This document shows, one piece after another, positions 37,345 through 50,428 of a stretch of 64,000 bases of DNA. The number at the start of each line of letters is the position of its first letter. The stretch's first letter is position 1. The position numbers and the translations under genes were made by a program. A model generated the notes under the pieces. The model did not search any database. It was not told where the DNA came from and was given only the letters and a program-made list of their open reading frames with translations. This DNA is from Ramazzottius varieornatus (Eukaryota > Animalia > Tardigrada), in contig BDGG01000001.1 of NCBI GenBank assembly GCA_001949185.1, positions 6,968,325 through 7,032,324 on the forward strand. The letters run 5' to 3'.

Positions 37345-39380
37345 TCACGTTGAAATCTCCGTCGTTTCCACTTCGTTCACCACTTCATTCGAGACAAGCT
37401 GCGAACAGAAGAAGACATTAGAAGATATGGGAGCCTCAGGAGGTCGGCAAACGAAACGTGCAAGATCATTATCCCAAGTGGCGCAGTTCCTCATAGTTGC
37501 TGGCTGAAATCGTGCGCCACTTGAAACAACGATCTTGCACGATTCGTCTATCGACCCTGTCAGATGGGTAACTTTGAAGTAGATCAAATTACTGTGGGGG
37601 CAGGGTTTGCTGTAGGAAGAGGAGGCATTTCTTCAGGAACTGGAGCAACTGAAACGATTGGCGCATCGACGGGTGTGATCGTGACTGCCGGAAAAGCGGT
37701 TGTGGCAACTGGTGGAACAGCCGGCGAAGCTAGAACGGGTTTCGACACCACGGGTGGCGCCGGAGATCGGAAAGTGACGGCTTGTGTCGTGACTATCGGG
37801 AGTGTGAGAACAGGACCAACAGGTCTGGATATGGCGTGCAGCATGGCCGGCGAAGGTTTCTGGTTCGTCACGATCTTTGTGAACCGCGCGCTGGCTGCGA
37901 CCGGAAGTCGAACGTTGCTGGCAGTCCGACCGACAGCATTGGCCGATATGAACCTGGAGGAAGGTCAGAGTAGTGATACTGTAACTGTTTTCAAACTGTA
38001 ATATCCGGAAGCTCGCCAGGCAAACTCGACAAAATTGTTTTCCCTGGTGGCGCACGTTTCCAGTGTTATTAGCTGCAAACGTGGGTCACTTCGAAAAACG
38101 ATCCTGTCGTGTTTGTTGTCATCGCCCCGAGTTCCATTTTAATAATTACTGGAGTTAATTTAAAGGTTACCTGACACACCTGATTCCTCCGGTGGCCGCT
38201 TTTACTGCCGTTACCAGGTTCGGCCCCGTAAGTCTGGCCGGAGAGGCAGGCATTGGCAGCCGGACAGGAGGTTTGACGACAGGTTTGGGGGCAGGTGGTC
38301 GAAGGATGGTGAATTCGGATATGATGGGCGAAGTGTGGGGCGTTTGAAGGCGTTGTTGGAACTCTTCGATGGTGTAGGCTCGAGCGGAAGTGATCCCGAC
38401 GATGGGGATAGAAAACGGCATGTCTTTATTGTGCTGAAGGACAGAGTTGGGCTTGGGAACCACGGGGACAGGCAGCGGTGCATTGCGAGGACGTTTCGAC
38501 ATCGTCCGCGATTTGCGCTGCGGCCGATATTTGTAGTCCGGATTGTCCTGGAAAGAAAACAGGAACACATTAAATACATCGTGCGCCATTCCAAAAGGTT
38601 CCTTTGTAGCGTTCACAGTAGAAATCGCCAACTTCGAGGCTTAGAAAGTCGTCGACGATCCGAGAAGCAAAAAACCAACATCTTCGCTAAAGTCGCGCAT
38701 TACGTAATCGATGATACCGGACATCAATATGCAGCGAGTGACGTCAGGCTCGACATTGATGATTGACGAAAGATATTTTCGAAACAGCTGACAAACACAG
38801 ACAAAGATGAACAGAGAGCCCGCCATGACCACCAATGGCGCATGATGAGAGCGTTCTGTACAGACCGCATTGCAGGCCGTAATACTGAGTTTTGGATTAC
38901 CGGTTGGAATTTCGAAATTCCAAATCAGTCGGGACAACTTCATTCCATCAGCCAGCCTCTATTCTCTCGACAAAACTTACTGACATATGCTGTTCATGGA
39001 TCCTTTTAGCTTCCTGGATGTAAGGTTTACGATCGGTTTCACTGAGAAGCTTCCATTCTGCGCCCAAAAGTTTACTGATGCTGGAATGGTGCATGGTTGG
39101 ACTGGCTGATGCCAGCTTTCTTCGTCGTTCGTGCGCCCACACCATGAAGGCATTCTGCAAGGGAAAATCACAGGTCAGCTCTGTAAAATCTGCGCTTGTG
39201 AAAGCCTTCACAAACCATGGGCCTTTTGACGTGGTGTTTGGATGGCTTGGTAGGTGAAAGAGGCTCTGTCTTGATCTCGGTTTTTATCTCCGTCTTGATA
39301 ATGACTTCTTCGCCCGGTGGACTTGCCTCCGTTGGGGCCGTTGGCGTCTCGCTTGGTGGATCCATGGCGGCAACTTCCAT
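37345..39380 (-). CDS. Sox-family HMG-box transcription factor (divergent, SoxB-like box), multi-exon; 3' end less certain
   Basis: HVKRPM|[40 protein letters not shown]|[12 protein letters not shown]; Pro/Thr/Val-rich C-terminus. Confidence 0.9.
37442..37556. repeat. Intronic palindromic element (Sox last intron)
   Basis: GAAACGTGCAAGATC..CAAGTGGCGCAG-25 nt-GTGCGCCACTTG..GATCTTGCACGATTC. Confidence 0.9.
38021..38115. repeat. Intronic palindromic element (Sox intron)
   Basis: CAAACTCGACAAAATTGTTTTCCCTGGTGGCGCAC..GTGGGTCACTTCGAAAAACGATCCTGTCGTGTTTG. Confidence 0.85.
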
Positions 39381-40003
39381 GATCTATAACGAAACAAGTA
39401 ACCACAGATCAAGGCTCAGCTTCCTTCTCGAACAAACTTTAGAGGTATCCGGGAAAAAAAACCCAGCCGAGATGGGTTTTTTAGGAGAAAAATGGTGAGG
39501 TGTCTTTGTTTAACGGGAGTTGTTCTGTCCGTTCGTTCTGTTCGGGACTGCGCATGCACGTTTTAGATCCGTTCCGCCTGGTAGAGACGCTCCGCCGAGA
39601 CAGCTTACATTTCTGCCGGCCAGACAGGCTCACAACTAGAAGGCCTGTCTGGTGAGCTCATCGTCAGGCTGTGACGTCAGGCGCCTCTTGATACACGTGT
39701 CAAATACCGTTCCAGCCGCACGGGCGGGTCCCTCGATCGTCCCTTCCGGTTCCACCTTTGCTGCCGGAAAATGTATCGATAAAGAAGAAGAAATTCTACG
39801 CAGTCCATCATTCCTATCGTGCTGATGCCATCTTTGTCAACTTTGGCCCGTAAGCAAACTGGCTTCATGGCGAAATATTGCACGCCTCAGCGAATTCTCC
39901 CCATGTGCGAACTTTGAGCCCGAAGTGCTGGCTTCAGGCTTCCATCCTGTACACAACGCTTAAGCTTGCTCACACAACGAAGCAGAACTAGGACTGCGCA
40001 AAA

Positions 40004-40615
40004 ATGTGTGATATACTTTGTTGGGGCTTGCTGGTCGTGTTACCAATACATCTGGATGGAGCTACAGCTGGAGAACCGAGTGACGGGCAGCGGTCCATCA
40101 GAGCCGCCAGTTTCAGCCTACAGAACCAGATAGGTTTCGCACCTCGCGACATCCTGATTGAAAGCCTGGATTCCAAGACATGCTTTGACATGAAGAACCG
40201 AGGACAAACGGTGGGCACCCACGTGGTGCTGGGCATGTGTACCTTCCCCAGTCCACAATGGAACCAGCTCTTCATGTTACAGGACGTCGATGGCCAGCAC
40301 TTCACCCTGAGCAACCAGTACTCTTCCTGCTTCACCTTCCAACCTGGCACACAACTTCTGGCTTCCGCCAGTCAATGCTCGGGAGACACTTCCAAGTTCT
40401 TCCTGGATAACTCTGCCGACGGTCAGTCTTACCTTATCCGGCAGAAAGGCACCGCGAAGTGTGTCGTCCCGTTCGGAGGTGGGGGAACGTCGGGAGGGAC
40501 GGAAGTCTTGAAAGCCGCACCATGCGACAAGAACGATCCTGCGCAGTTCTGGAGGATCTTCTCGAAAGACAAACCACGGAGGTTCGCTCCACATCCTTCT
40601 CGATGTATGAACTAG
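40004..40615 (+). CDS. Secreted ricin-B (beta-trefoil) lectin-domain protein, intronless
   Basis: Signal peptide; three Cys-containing repeats CFDM..C..WNQLF, CFT..C..SKFF, KCVV..PCD..AQFW (QxW-like). Confidence 0.75.
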   Translation: MCDILCWGLLVVLPIHLDGATAGEPSDGQRSIRAASFSLQNQIGFAPRDILIESLDSKTCFDMKNRGQTVGTHVVLGMCTFPSPQWNQLFMLQDVDGQHFTLSNQYSSCFTFQPGTQLLASASQCSGDTSKFFLDNSADGQSYLIRQKGTAKCVVPFGGGGTSGGTEVLKAAPCDKNDPAQFWRIFSKDKPRRFAPHPSRCMN

Positions 40616-40854
40616 TGGAACTTGTTTCGAATATCTATACCGTATTTGTTTTTCTGCCATGCACATTCGTACTGTACAACAGAGCAAAAATCAACATCTT
40701 CCACCCATGATAAATTCCCCGACAGGAAGGAAAGAAAAAGAGCACATCGTGAGCCCAACAATCCATTCGTGTACTACATTCAAGGGATTGGTAGAAAGTA
40801 GGAACAGAGGAATAAAAATTAAATTAGGCAAAAAGCTTTTTCCGGAAATTTAAC

Positions 40855-43800
40855 CTAGTCTAACGTTATGATTTCGGGCGGAGCTCTGCTGGCTGTGGCA
40901 GACGGTGGAGCACTGGACGTCGATGCTTGTGTTGACGAGCAAGTAGAAGAGGTTCCTACACATATCAGAAGAAGGACCAGTTAGCTTACTTTCCGTTTGT
41001 CCAAGCTGATAAGCGAATTCTTACTTGAAGCGGGAGTGGCAGGCTTCGATTCGCTCTTCGGCGCCTTCTTCGCTTCCCTTATCACCACTTTACTGTTCTC
41101 ATAAGTGGCTTCAATGCAGTCGCTCAACTGGAACTCATGCAGAAGACTACCGATAAACCTAAAGAAAAAATACACAAATTAACATAAGTATTTGTTATGC
41201 TTGAGATCGGCAAAAAACCATCGGGAAGGACTGTTTTCACAAGCGGCGCACACTTGCAGCCAACAACACAAAAAATGTGCGCCGCTTGGGGAGGCAGGAT
41301 ATTTTTCCAAGTAGCGCACACTTTCAGCCAACAACAGTGGAAACATGCGCCACTTGAAAAAAACGATCTTGTTGAGTCTGGTTGCCGAACTCACATTTAC
41401 TGAATAATCACTTGACGTGAGAGCGATACAGAGAACACCAGAGAGTTTGTGCTTACTCGTCAACGACAATCTCGTCAAAGTGAACAGGTTTGTTACACTT
41501 GGGGCAAGTCCACCTGGCTTTGGGTGCTTTGTTCATGTACAGGAAGCTGCTGGCATCGAAGCATTCGATGTGATCACAGTGACGGCCACGGATGGGAAGA
41601 TTCAGCCGGGACCGCGACGCGGGACAGAGCAAGCTGACTTTTTGTGAGTCAGCCACGATATCTCCGTCGCCTACTCCCAGCGTCTCGTAAACTACAAAAA
41701 AATATCCCCAATCACAAACGATATTTCCAAACAGACATTTCGATAGTAAACTCCAACTTACTCTTGTGGACAGTTTCTTCCAGCGGGACAGTGTTGGCCG
41801 AAACCGTCTGCAGAATTTCTTCCATCGTCTTCCTCCTGACACATTCTATCACCATGTAAAACTCCTGCAAAATAAGATATAACAAAAATTCAGCAAATTC
41901 TGTATCATTAGCTGCGTGAGAACACTATTTTGATTTTGCTGTGCATCAGATATTTTAGGTAATCATCGACTGTACTAAGCAGGGAATGTGAGCTTAAATA
42001 AGAACTTCATCATGTTCGGATTGCCTTCTTCCGCAAGAACATGCGCAATGTTTCGTTTGCCAACGTACCTTGGGTGGCTCATCAGGAATGTGCTGCGCGG
42101 GTAAACCGGGCGTGGTGCCGGCCGTGTCTTCGGTCCAACGGACCAGTATCACATTTTGAGCGGCTAACAAGTCAAGCGGAACTTCCACCGGCTGGTTGAA
42201 AACTGCGTTCTTTTTTTTCTTCATCCGGTTACTAAAGTCTACCACAGCCTAAAATACCCAGACACCAAAATTAGGAAACTAGATCAAAACACTGCAAGAA
42301 GAAACTCTTACCGGTTCTACTAGAGTCTTCCCGTTGAGCATAAGCTTCAAGTTATCTGGGTGAGACTCATAGTTTGCCATTGTGGGGTTTTCCAGACAGA
42401 AGCGAATTAGAACTAAAGTGTCAGGATCGTTTTGGTTCACTGTGGACTTGTCGAAAAAGAACGTGGTTAGAATCTCGCGATACACTCCTCTACTGGACAT
42501 CGTCTGATCCTTCCCTATGAATAGAGAAAGAACGTTCAAAATATGCCGCTAAGGGCTTTGTTCGTTCTTGGTACTTACGGATGCTCATGGGAAGTCCGAC
42601 TTCGAAGAGAAGTTGGTGGAACACTGCGGGTTTGATCACTCTTGGGAACATATCTTGCTGCTGCCGATTTGTCTCTTCCGACTTGGCCAGGGGTGTCTTG
42701 TTCACCGAGAATTTGACCACTTTGTTGGCAGACGAGCCATCAGCGCCGCTTTCGGTCGAAGCTGCGCTGTTGGCAAAGGCTTGTGCGAAGGGGTTGTTGC
42801 TCATGATGCTGGCTGGACCACCAGCTGAGCTCGGAGCGGTGCGGTTGGCCGTTGTTGGCTGCATCAACTGCGTCTGTGCCGGCAATCGATTCTAAGCGAA
42901 TAAAGAACAGTTGAACTATACCAAGCTTCTATGAGAAGTCTGCAGACGAAATAGACGTATCCTATCCACCTGCATACGCAACGATGTGGCTAATGAACGC
43001 AGTCGGTATGCAGGTACATGTCACCCTGGAGATGTGCCGATCTGTGACGAACCTGCATACCCCTATACTACACAAATCTCGCGACAAGGTGTATGCAGGT
43101 TCTCAAGACCATCGTTTGGAAAAGCCATGGATCCCAATGGTTATTTTAAGGTTGAATTTGTTAAGTCTGAACGTACCGGGAGATTAACAGGAGCTGTGCG
43201 GAAAGGATGTCCTGTCCCGTTGACACCAGGTGGTCCGGCGGGCGGATGCCACGTCCGGCCGTTGTCCCTGCTGGCTAGCAGGACCGAAGCCGTGGAAAAG
43301 CCAGTGCTACTGACCGGCACGGCATTCCTGTTCAACGACAACGTGGCAATGTGGTTGGCGCCTTGCCGAGGCGGCTCGGCAGTACGAGCCAGAGCGTTGA
43401 TGAAGCTGTTCATCTGTACCGAACTGAAACCCTGCGACGTCGGGAAAGGTTCGGGAGTGCCCGAGTAGTGGTACGGCACTGCGTTGGTCGATCCCACGTT
43501 GTTTACTGGTAGCTTCCGGATAGCGCTGAACGACTGAGTACCCGAGCTGGAAGAACCTTGGTTGTTGGGGAACGAAGAAAACGGCGGATAGTTATGCAAC
43601 GAGTAGACCGATGGCATTCTGGAAGAACCAAGCAAAACTCGGTCAAAAAGATCCGACATCCGGGAGTCGACCCGAGGCGCCTCAAACTTTCTACTGACAT
43701 GGAAACTCAGCATGATCGTCTTTCCCAAGTGGCGCACGCTTCCAGTCAATCATACTGAAATGTGCGCCACTTGAGGAGACAATTTGGTCGAGTCTGATTG

Positions 43801-45889
43801 TTGTCCAAGTGGCGCATAATTTTAGTGTTACAGTATTAGCTAGAAGGTACGCCATTTGGAAAATCGACCTGCCGGTTTTCCCATATTTTGTTTTTTCCAT
43901 TGATTTCGGTTCTGGCTTTTTCTGTTTATTGGTTTCAAGGCGACTTACGTTACAGGAGGGAAGCTGGACCCAATCGGTGGAACAGAGTTGAACGTTCTCT
44001 TGGTCGGAGAACCACTTTGTGCTCCAGCCATTGCGTCGATCTCGCCTGCTATTCTATCGTTCAAATACTCATTGATGGATCGTTTCCTTCCACCATTCGG
44101 TGGGTCGACGGGAAGTGGCGGTGGCCATCCTTGAGCTGGGTTCTGCACCGTGTTGCTGCTGTTGGTCGGTGGGTTCCGCGGGACGTAGGGTCTGATGGCA
44201 CTGCGTGGCTGACGAGGGTCGGTGGGAGGCCCACCGTTGATCAGTGTCGTCGATGTCCCGTTGGGATACGATACTGTTACTTGACCAGGGCCGTTATGTG
44301 TGGACGGAGGGGCTTGCTGTGAAGTGCTGGACGAAGAAGGCTTGTTGAAGGTCTTTGGGAGGGTGATGACAATGCGAGATCGGGAGGCTGGAGATGTCGA
44401 TGCTGCGTTACCGGAGGAAGGCTTATCCCTGGAGGGAATAAAACTGTTATGAAATCTGCCAAACACAAACTTCCCATCAGTCCGAGAAACACTTCCGATC
44501 GAGTCCAAGTGTCGAAGGCCGGCAAACGAAACGCAACAGATTGTTCTCTAAGGTAGCGCGCGCCTCCTGGCAATAACAATGACAACATGCGTCACTTGGG
44601 AACTCGACAAGATCGCTTTCCCAAGTGGCGCAGGCCTCCAGCCGGTGCTAAGAAGAGCGCGCGCCACGTGAAAATACAATGTTCAAGTTTAGTTTCACGA
44701 CCTCCCATGATAAAAACACCTGTTTACCTGGACGAAGATGGTTGTTTCTTTGTTGTCTTTGAGTTACGACGAGGTGGAGGAACTTCAGGGGACGAAGCGG
44801 ATTCTGACTCGTCCGAAGAAAGTGGCTGGTGTCGTCGACGGCTTTTCGTGGGCTGGACCGGCGAGGGATCGTAGTCAACTTCCCCATTATCCACCTCGTC
44901 ATCGCCGTAGCCATTGTGGTGCGAGTGTAAGCTGTAGTGTCGAGGCATGTAGTCTTCGTCGTCTTCGTCAGACTCCATCGCTGTGTTTCTATGCTTCTTC
45001 TTCTGCCACACTTCCCGCATCGATGGTGCAGCTACCCGACTGCGTTGGTTATTGTTGGAAGTGGAAGCTTCATAACCAGGTTGGTTAGAAGAGGAGGCGC
45101 GAGACGAGTTACCCGAAGGATCAGTGAGCAAATCTTCGAGAAGCTTCTGCCCTTCTTCATCCAAGTCAGCATAACACGTCCCAATCCGTTCCACCAAATC
45201 GGGCTTGCGCTTGTTAGACAAATTCTTCACACCGTATGAGGATAGGATGTGCTTCAGCTTCTGCACGTTGCATTTAGCTGCCACTCTCTGGAAACGTCAG
45301 AAAAAGACAGTGACAGGCTCACAGCTGACGGAAGTCGTCACAAGTATTCAACAAGCGCATTCAGTCACGTGATCACACTACAAACCACTGCAGCCACCTG
45401 GCCAAATGTGTCGGTTGATGACGCAAGCAATCACTCACTTCACAAAACTTTAGAATTCACATTTGGTACGGAACAAGGCACGATTTCCGAGGTGAATCGG
45501 CCACCTCGGAAATCGTCTGCGATGCTGCCGTGTGGCTAGTGGGCGACCAATTCACCTTCCCAAGTTCGGGTTACTTGTGGCCAATCAAACCAATCAGTTC
45601 AACCACACAATGGGGCAATTTGATCAATATTTTTCAGCTGGTTTTTTACCTGAATCTGACTGATGCCTTGCGAGGAGGAAGAGGAGTGCCCGTTCACTGG
45701 TACTCGGTTATTCTTCCCGTCGTTGACATTGGAGAGTGTGCCAGCAGATTCTTCGGATCCGCAGCTGTCCGAGATGGGATCGTAGCGTCGTTGTCTGGGC
45801 CTGACTGCCTGGGTAGGAGGGTGCTCGTGGGATTCTTCTGTTGCGTCGGAATCGCTGTAGTCACCGTTTCGGTAGTTATGATACGACAT
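40855..45889 (-). CDS. PIAS: PIAS/Siz-type SUMO E3 ligase (SAP, PINIT, SP-RING, terminal SIM-like motif), multi-exon
   Basis: SAP-like VQKLKHILSSYG..RKPDLVERI; PINIT-like VLIRFCL..HPDNLKLMLNGK; SP-RING VSLLCPASRSRLNLPIRGRHCDHIECFDA..WTCPKC; last exon ends EIITLD-TAG. Confidence 0.88.
41221..41381. repeat. Tandem dimer of the intronic palindromic element (PIAS intron)
   Basis: AAGCGGCGCAC-25-GTGCGCCGCTT followed by AAGTAGCGCAC-25-ATGCGCCACTT. Confidence 0.9.
43703..43880. repeat. Tandem dimer of the intronic palindromic element (PIAS intron)
   Basis: CAAGTGGCGCAC-24-GTGCGCCACTTG then CAAGTGGCGCAT..GTACGCCATTTG. Confidence 0.9.
44525..44690. repeat. Tandem dimer of the intronic palindromic element (PIAS intron)
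   Basis: GGTAGCGCGC..ATGCGTCACTTGGG AACTCGACAAGATCGCTTTCC CAAGTGGCGCAG..GCGCGCCACGTG. Confidence 0.85.
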
Positions 45890-47761
45890 CCCGCATCTGG
45901 CTGGAGATTTTCCTACAACCCAAGTTAAACGCCACAGTACATCGCAGAATAATTTTCTGGGGAAAACGGAGCAGGATTTCTGCTGCGCGCAAACAATCAA
46001 AGACGGGCTGTCTCTTCTACAAATGCCTGCTTTCCGCCTGCTCTTTTCGCTCAGGGAAAACTATACTTCCGTAGAGCAATAACGAAACAATTGAACAAAC
46101 TCGATCACCGACACAGAGAAACGATTTTAAACTCAAGTGCGTCAGTAGTTCGCAGAATCGAGATTCCTTCACGGTTTCCAGATTCGCGTTAAGCTCCGAT
46201 CAGTGGCCTCTTGCCATTTGCCAAAGTGAAACCAGTGTGGGTTGACCATAGTGTAAAATGTGCATAGAGCAATAATACCGCAAACGTCGAACAACGGTCT
46301 GAACGCTGATTGGAGTATGGGCAGAAGAATCCCGACACGCCCACAGAATCAGAGGCAGAAACAAAAGCAGAAAGTATGTACGCGCATGTCGCACTCGTGC
46401 CGAAATGCCTGGCTGTCATGCACAACGATACACGCGCCATTCGGCAACGCGCACATGCATTCCAACAGGTTAGGGGGATATGTCTGGGCTTAGATGTCCG
46501 CTAACCTGCAACGGAAACACCCACAGAGCGGAGCAAAACAAAAGAAAGACTCTAGGAAAGAGTCAGCAACAGAACAGACGGCGAAAGAAGAGGCCAGAAA
46601 GACGACGAGGTGATGATGGGACAACTCGAGGCTTCCACAACAAGCCTGCAACACGGTTAGCCAGCAGACGGTCCACTCTCCGCCATCAAAGGCTCGAACC
46701 AAGCACTGACCTGGTAAACAGAATCAGAGGGATACGGGGGGATACAGGGGACAAAGACAGCAAGGGATGCCGAAGAGCAAGAAGATCTCGTAACCTGCCG
46801 GCAATCTGGTGCAATACACCACCAGCGCTAACCAATAATCAAAAACTGAGCCACACCTACCGGCAACACAGCCTTGTTGCTTTGTTGGATTAGGCTGCTG
46901 ATTCATAGAAAATTTTACACTACGAGGCAAACGTCACAATTCGGGCGATGCTGCGGTATGGGATGGCAGCACATGTCGCTTTCGGCAATGGCTCGAACTG
47001 CTCCCAGACACCGTACCGCAGTAGAGAATTACAGCGCGGTGGATCACATGTAGTATCTTGATTTTCATCTCGGATTTGTTTCTTCACAATCAGAGAAAGA
47101 CCAGCTAGTTCCAAACGACGTAAATTCCATCAACGACATGAAGTAGTAAAAGTAAAACAGAAACATATGATCAGAACGAAAGGGAATCCCCAATGTGAAA
47201 TTACCAACTTAGCGGAATCCGCGAAGGAAAGTTATTTGCGTGGCTTTTTGTAAAAACGGCGACGCACTACTACGTCAGTGCTCTACCATTGCTCACTGGC
47301 GGAAGTACGTCATGGCAAACATCCTACGGCTTACTTTTCTTATGGGATTCCCAAAATAATTGAAATTGACTCTATGACGTAGATCACAGCTATCGCGAAA
47401 AGCGACAACAGCGCCTCTCTCGGCCTCGCTGTTGTGTTTTTTCTAGGCTTTTTAGCATTACAGCAACTCTCCTTTCTTCCGAGCATTGTATCTTCAATGT
47501 CTAGGCTATATGTGTGCTCAAATCAGTTTAGCTAGATAGGGAAGATCTTTCTCCACAAGATAGCATTGAAAACAAACGGATCGGGCCACGAGGTACGAAA
47601 TTCTAGACCGCCCGAATTGCGACGGGAAAATCACTACGTCCGAATTGTGACGTTTACCTCGTAGGGTCAACCCACACTAGTGAAACTATTCCGAATAATT
47701 CCTGCGAACAGGCGAAACCCTCGAAACTGCGGGCGTCCCCTTAGCACGAAATTGCACGGCA

Positions 47762-47860
47762 CAGTGTTGTTCCGATTGTTATAATTCGTAATTGAAAATG
47801 GCGAGATTTGACGGTTCTAGAATTCCGATATAACAATTCAAATAGCAGATTCTGGGCTGG
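47762..47860 (+). repeat. Dispersed repeat, copy 2 (homologous to 3456-3555)
   Basis: Same motif order as 3456-3555; clearly similar but diverged. Confidence 0.65.
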
Positions 47861-48261
47861 TCCTTTCGGTATTGATCGGATTTAAATCGAAATTTCAAGA
47901 ACGAGAAGATATTTTAATGTACCATTGAAGTCCAAGATGTTGGCAATTCTAATAATAACTGACAACAAAGAAGCGCGCAAAATGCACATGGATACCGGTA
48001 TATCCCTTTATCACGTTGTGAAGCACCGTCAGTGCTTCGTTGAGTGACTGCGGTGCGCTGGTGCACGTCCACAGCAAGATCAGAATGCGTACAAAGTGCT
48101 TCGCGAAGCTGCAGTTCATCCCTGTATGACGTATACGTGGCCAGCACCGGGCGGGCCTTGCTAGGGTTTTGCTACTCCAATTTGGTTCAATTTCATCCCT
48201 CGCTCTTCTTAGGATCTTCGGTATCTTATCTGAAACAGCTTGTTCGAGGATGACGCTGCGC

Positions 48262-48311
48262 NNNNNNNNNNNNNNNNNNNNNNNNNNNNNNNNNNNNNNN
48301 NNNNNNNNNNN
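48262..48311. other. Assembly gap (50 N) within a GCAG/CTGC-rich repeat-like tract
   Basis: Run of n; the following ~430 bp is rich in GCAGC/GCTGC/CAGCG. Confidence 0.99.
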
Positions 48312-48977
48312 GAGCACGGAATCTGGCCGCATGCGCTGCACTGCACTGTAGCTATGCTGTGCTGCATTACAGCGGCGGCGCATGAAGTGACGGAATTTGT
48401 GCGGCACAGCATACAGCAGAAAGCCATAGACTACGGCGCAGATGCACCTACCGAAAGCTAACAAAAATCACAGTTTTTGGGCATTCGAACGTCAGCCGTC
48501 TCAGCTTTGACGTACTTTCGGGCAACGTTCGCCAGGTTGACTACCGATTTCACTGACTGAATTACAAACCGCGTCAATACATCAGCGTGCAGCGCAGTTG
48601 CACCAGGTCAACGTGTATCTGCAGCACAGCTGCTTAGCCACTGGGCATGAAAGTTGTGCAGCACGGCGCAGCGTACAGCGCACTGGTAATGTGCGCAGCA
48701 CAGTTACAGCGTACTTTTGGACCTGCGGCCCAGTGCTCTAGCCTCTGAGCAGAAATCGGGGGTCACGGCGTAGAGGCATAGTCGAGGATATTCAGGCAGG
48801 GACAGGGTAGCCCAAGGGTAGGAATCGGGGCCTAACATGCGGGGGCCGAGAATTCTACCACGGATTGACTGATTCATCAAAACGCTTGGTATTGGAAAAC
48901 CCGATACTGAAACTAAGAAGCGGACTTTAATGATCCTCTTGACCGTGGAACGGCTTTCAAACTTTTAATCCGAAACT

Positions 48978-49037
48978 GCAGTGAGCAAAGCCCGATAACA
49001 CACCTCGCAGTGAGCAAAGCCCGATAACACACCTCGC
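48978..49037. repeat. Perfect 29-bp tandem duplication
   Basis: GCAGTGAGCAAAGCCCGATAACACACCTC x2. Confidence 0.95.
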
Positions 49038-49995
49038 GTTGTTAGGTTGACGCTACTCCTACTTCGTGAATATTTTCGTCTAGGTGCGACAATGAATCTA
49101 AATTTCTGCTCAGTCTATGGACAAGATTCTCTTCTATTTTGCGAGCTAGAAGCGGCTCATCGGCATAAGCGTTCATAAATCGCAGGTATGTTTTGGCGAC
49201 TTTTCTGTTCGCAAAGGCCCTGAAAGCTTAGACAAGTGTTCGAATTGACAGCTGTCCAGTAGTACCCGCTGAAAAGCAGTGTGTTTTTGTAACATCATCA
49301 TGATTCGTCGCAGCGGTATATCTAGTTCGGTCGAGTACCCCAAGATTCACCGTGGATCGAATTTTCCGAATGGTTCGAGAAATTCAAAAATGAACGCTGA
49401 GTGGTTGATGTTGGAAAACCCGGCATTGCCCCTAAGTGGTTTTCGAGAATCTTCGTATAGTCTGGATCGCAATACCAACCATTCGCGGCTCGATAAATAC
49501 GGGGAGGCGAAAAAGGATGTTTTCCTGTTTGGTCGCCGTATGTGCACTAGCGCCAATCCTTTGACAGCCCGACATGTGGGGAGACCAGATAGGCTAAAAC
49601 AGCTGACGCAAGACGTGTCTCAGACGCGTCTTGCCGTTTCACCGTACTCTTGTCCCGCACGCTTGTATCGCACGATATGCTCGGTCACGTTGAATTCCGC
49701 GTACATGGCATCACCATTCTTGCGCACGGTGGGGGCGCGTGGTGGAAAGATTGACACTAATATGCAGTAAGTATGCCCTTGTTGCCCTTTTCCACCCTGG
49801 GGCTGTATTGAGACGGGATACAGGACATTTCCATCCTATTAATTTTTCTCAGCTTTTCCATCCTGCTCTTTCCATCCTTTTCTTCCAGGATGGGAATCTC
49901 CATCTCTTGTATATCGGAGTCATTTAGGATGGTCGTTTTTCCACCATTTCCGGTCCTAGCCTAGCCGTGGAGAATGTTCAAGAAGAACCCGAAAC

Positions 49996-50428
49996 TAGCG
50001 CTTGCAAAAATACGATAAAATTCGAAACGATATTTTTCGTTGCTCTGATTTTTCCAAGTTTTTGATGAGTCATGAGCCGTGATTTTGGATTTGATCAATC
50101 AATTCTGTACTGATCATTCGAAGATGTTGGCGTATTGAGTAATACGGAATTGATAACCCTATTGGTAGTACCACTTGACGGTACTGCACGATCAACAGGG
50201 TATATTAATGCACTATGCCTGTACGTACAACAAATAACTGATGGTAGAGACCACTTTCGGTGCCGAGGAATTTCTCTTTGATCTTCCGCCATGATCTTCC
50301 GGGCCAGCTTTTTGGGCGAAGCTCTCGCAATATCGATATGGCGCGATACGGTATCTGCCGCATATTTTATCGCAAAGATTCGATATATTTCGATACGATA
50401 TCGATATACCGTATCGTTGCCCGCACTA
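49996..50428. mobile_element. Non-autonomous hAT-type element with 8-bp TSD
   Basis: Flanks CCCGAAAC at 49988-49995 and 50429-50436; degenerate TIR TAGCGCTTGCAAAAATACGATA / TACCGTATCGTTGCCCGCACTA; CGATA subterminal repeats. Confidence 0.8.

Noticed and set aside
41221-44690. Palindromic repeats with similar-length spacers read as a CRISPR array
   Set aside because: Units are dispersed in eukaryotic introns, at most two in tandem, spacers are homologous to each other, and no cas genes are present.
48030-48740. TIR element around the assembly gap
   Set aside because: Only a weak AGCACCGGGC/GCCCAGTGCT match, no TSD, and the interior is gapped.
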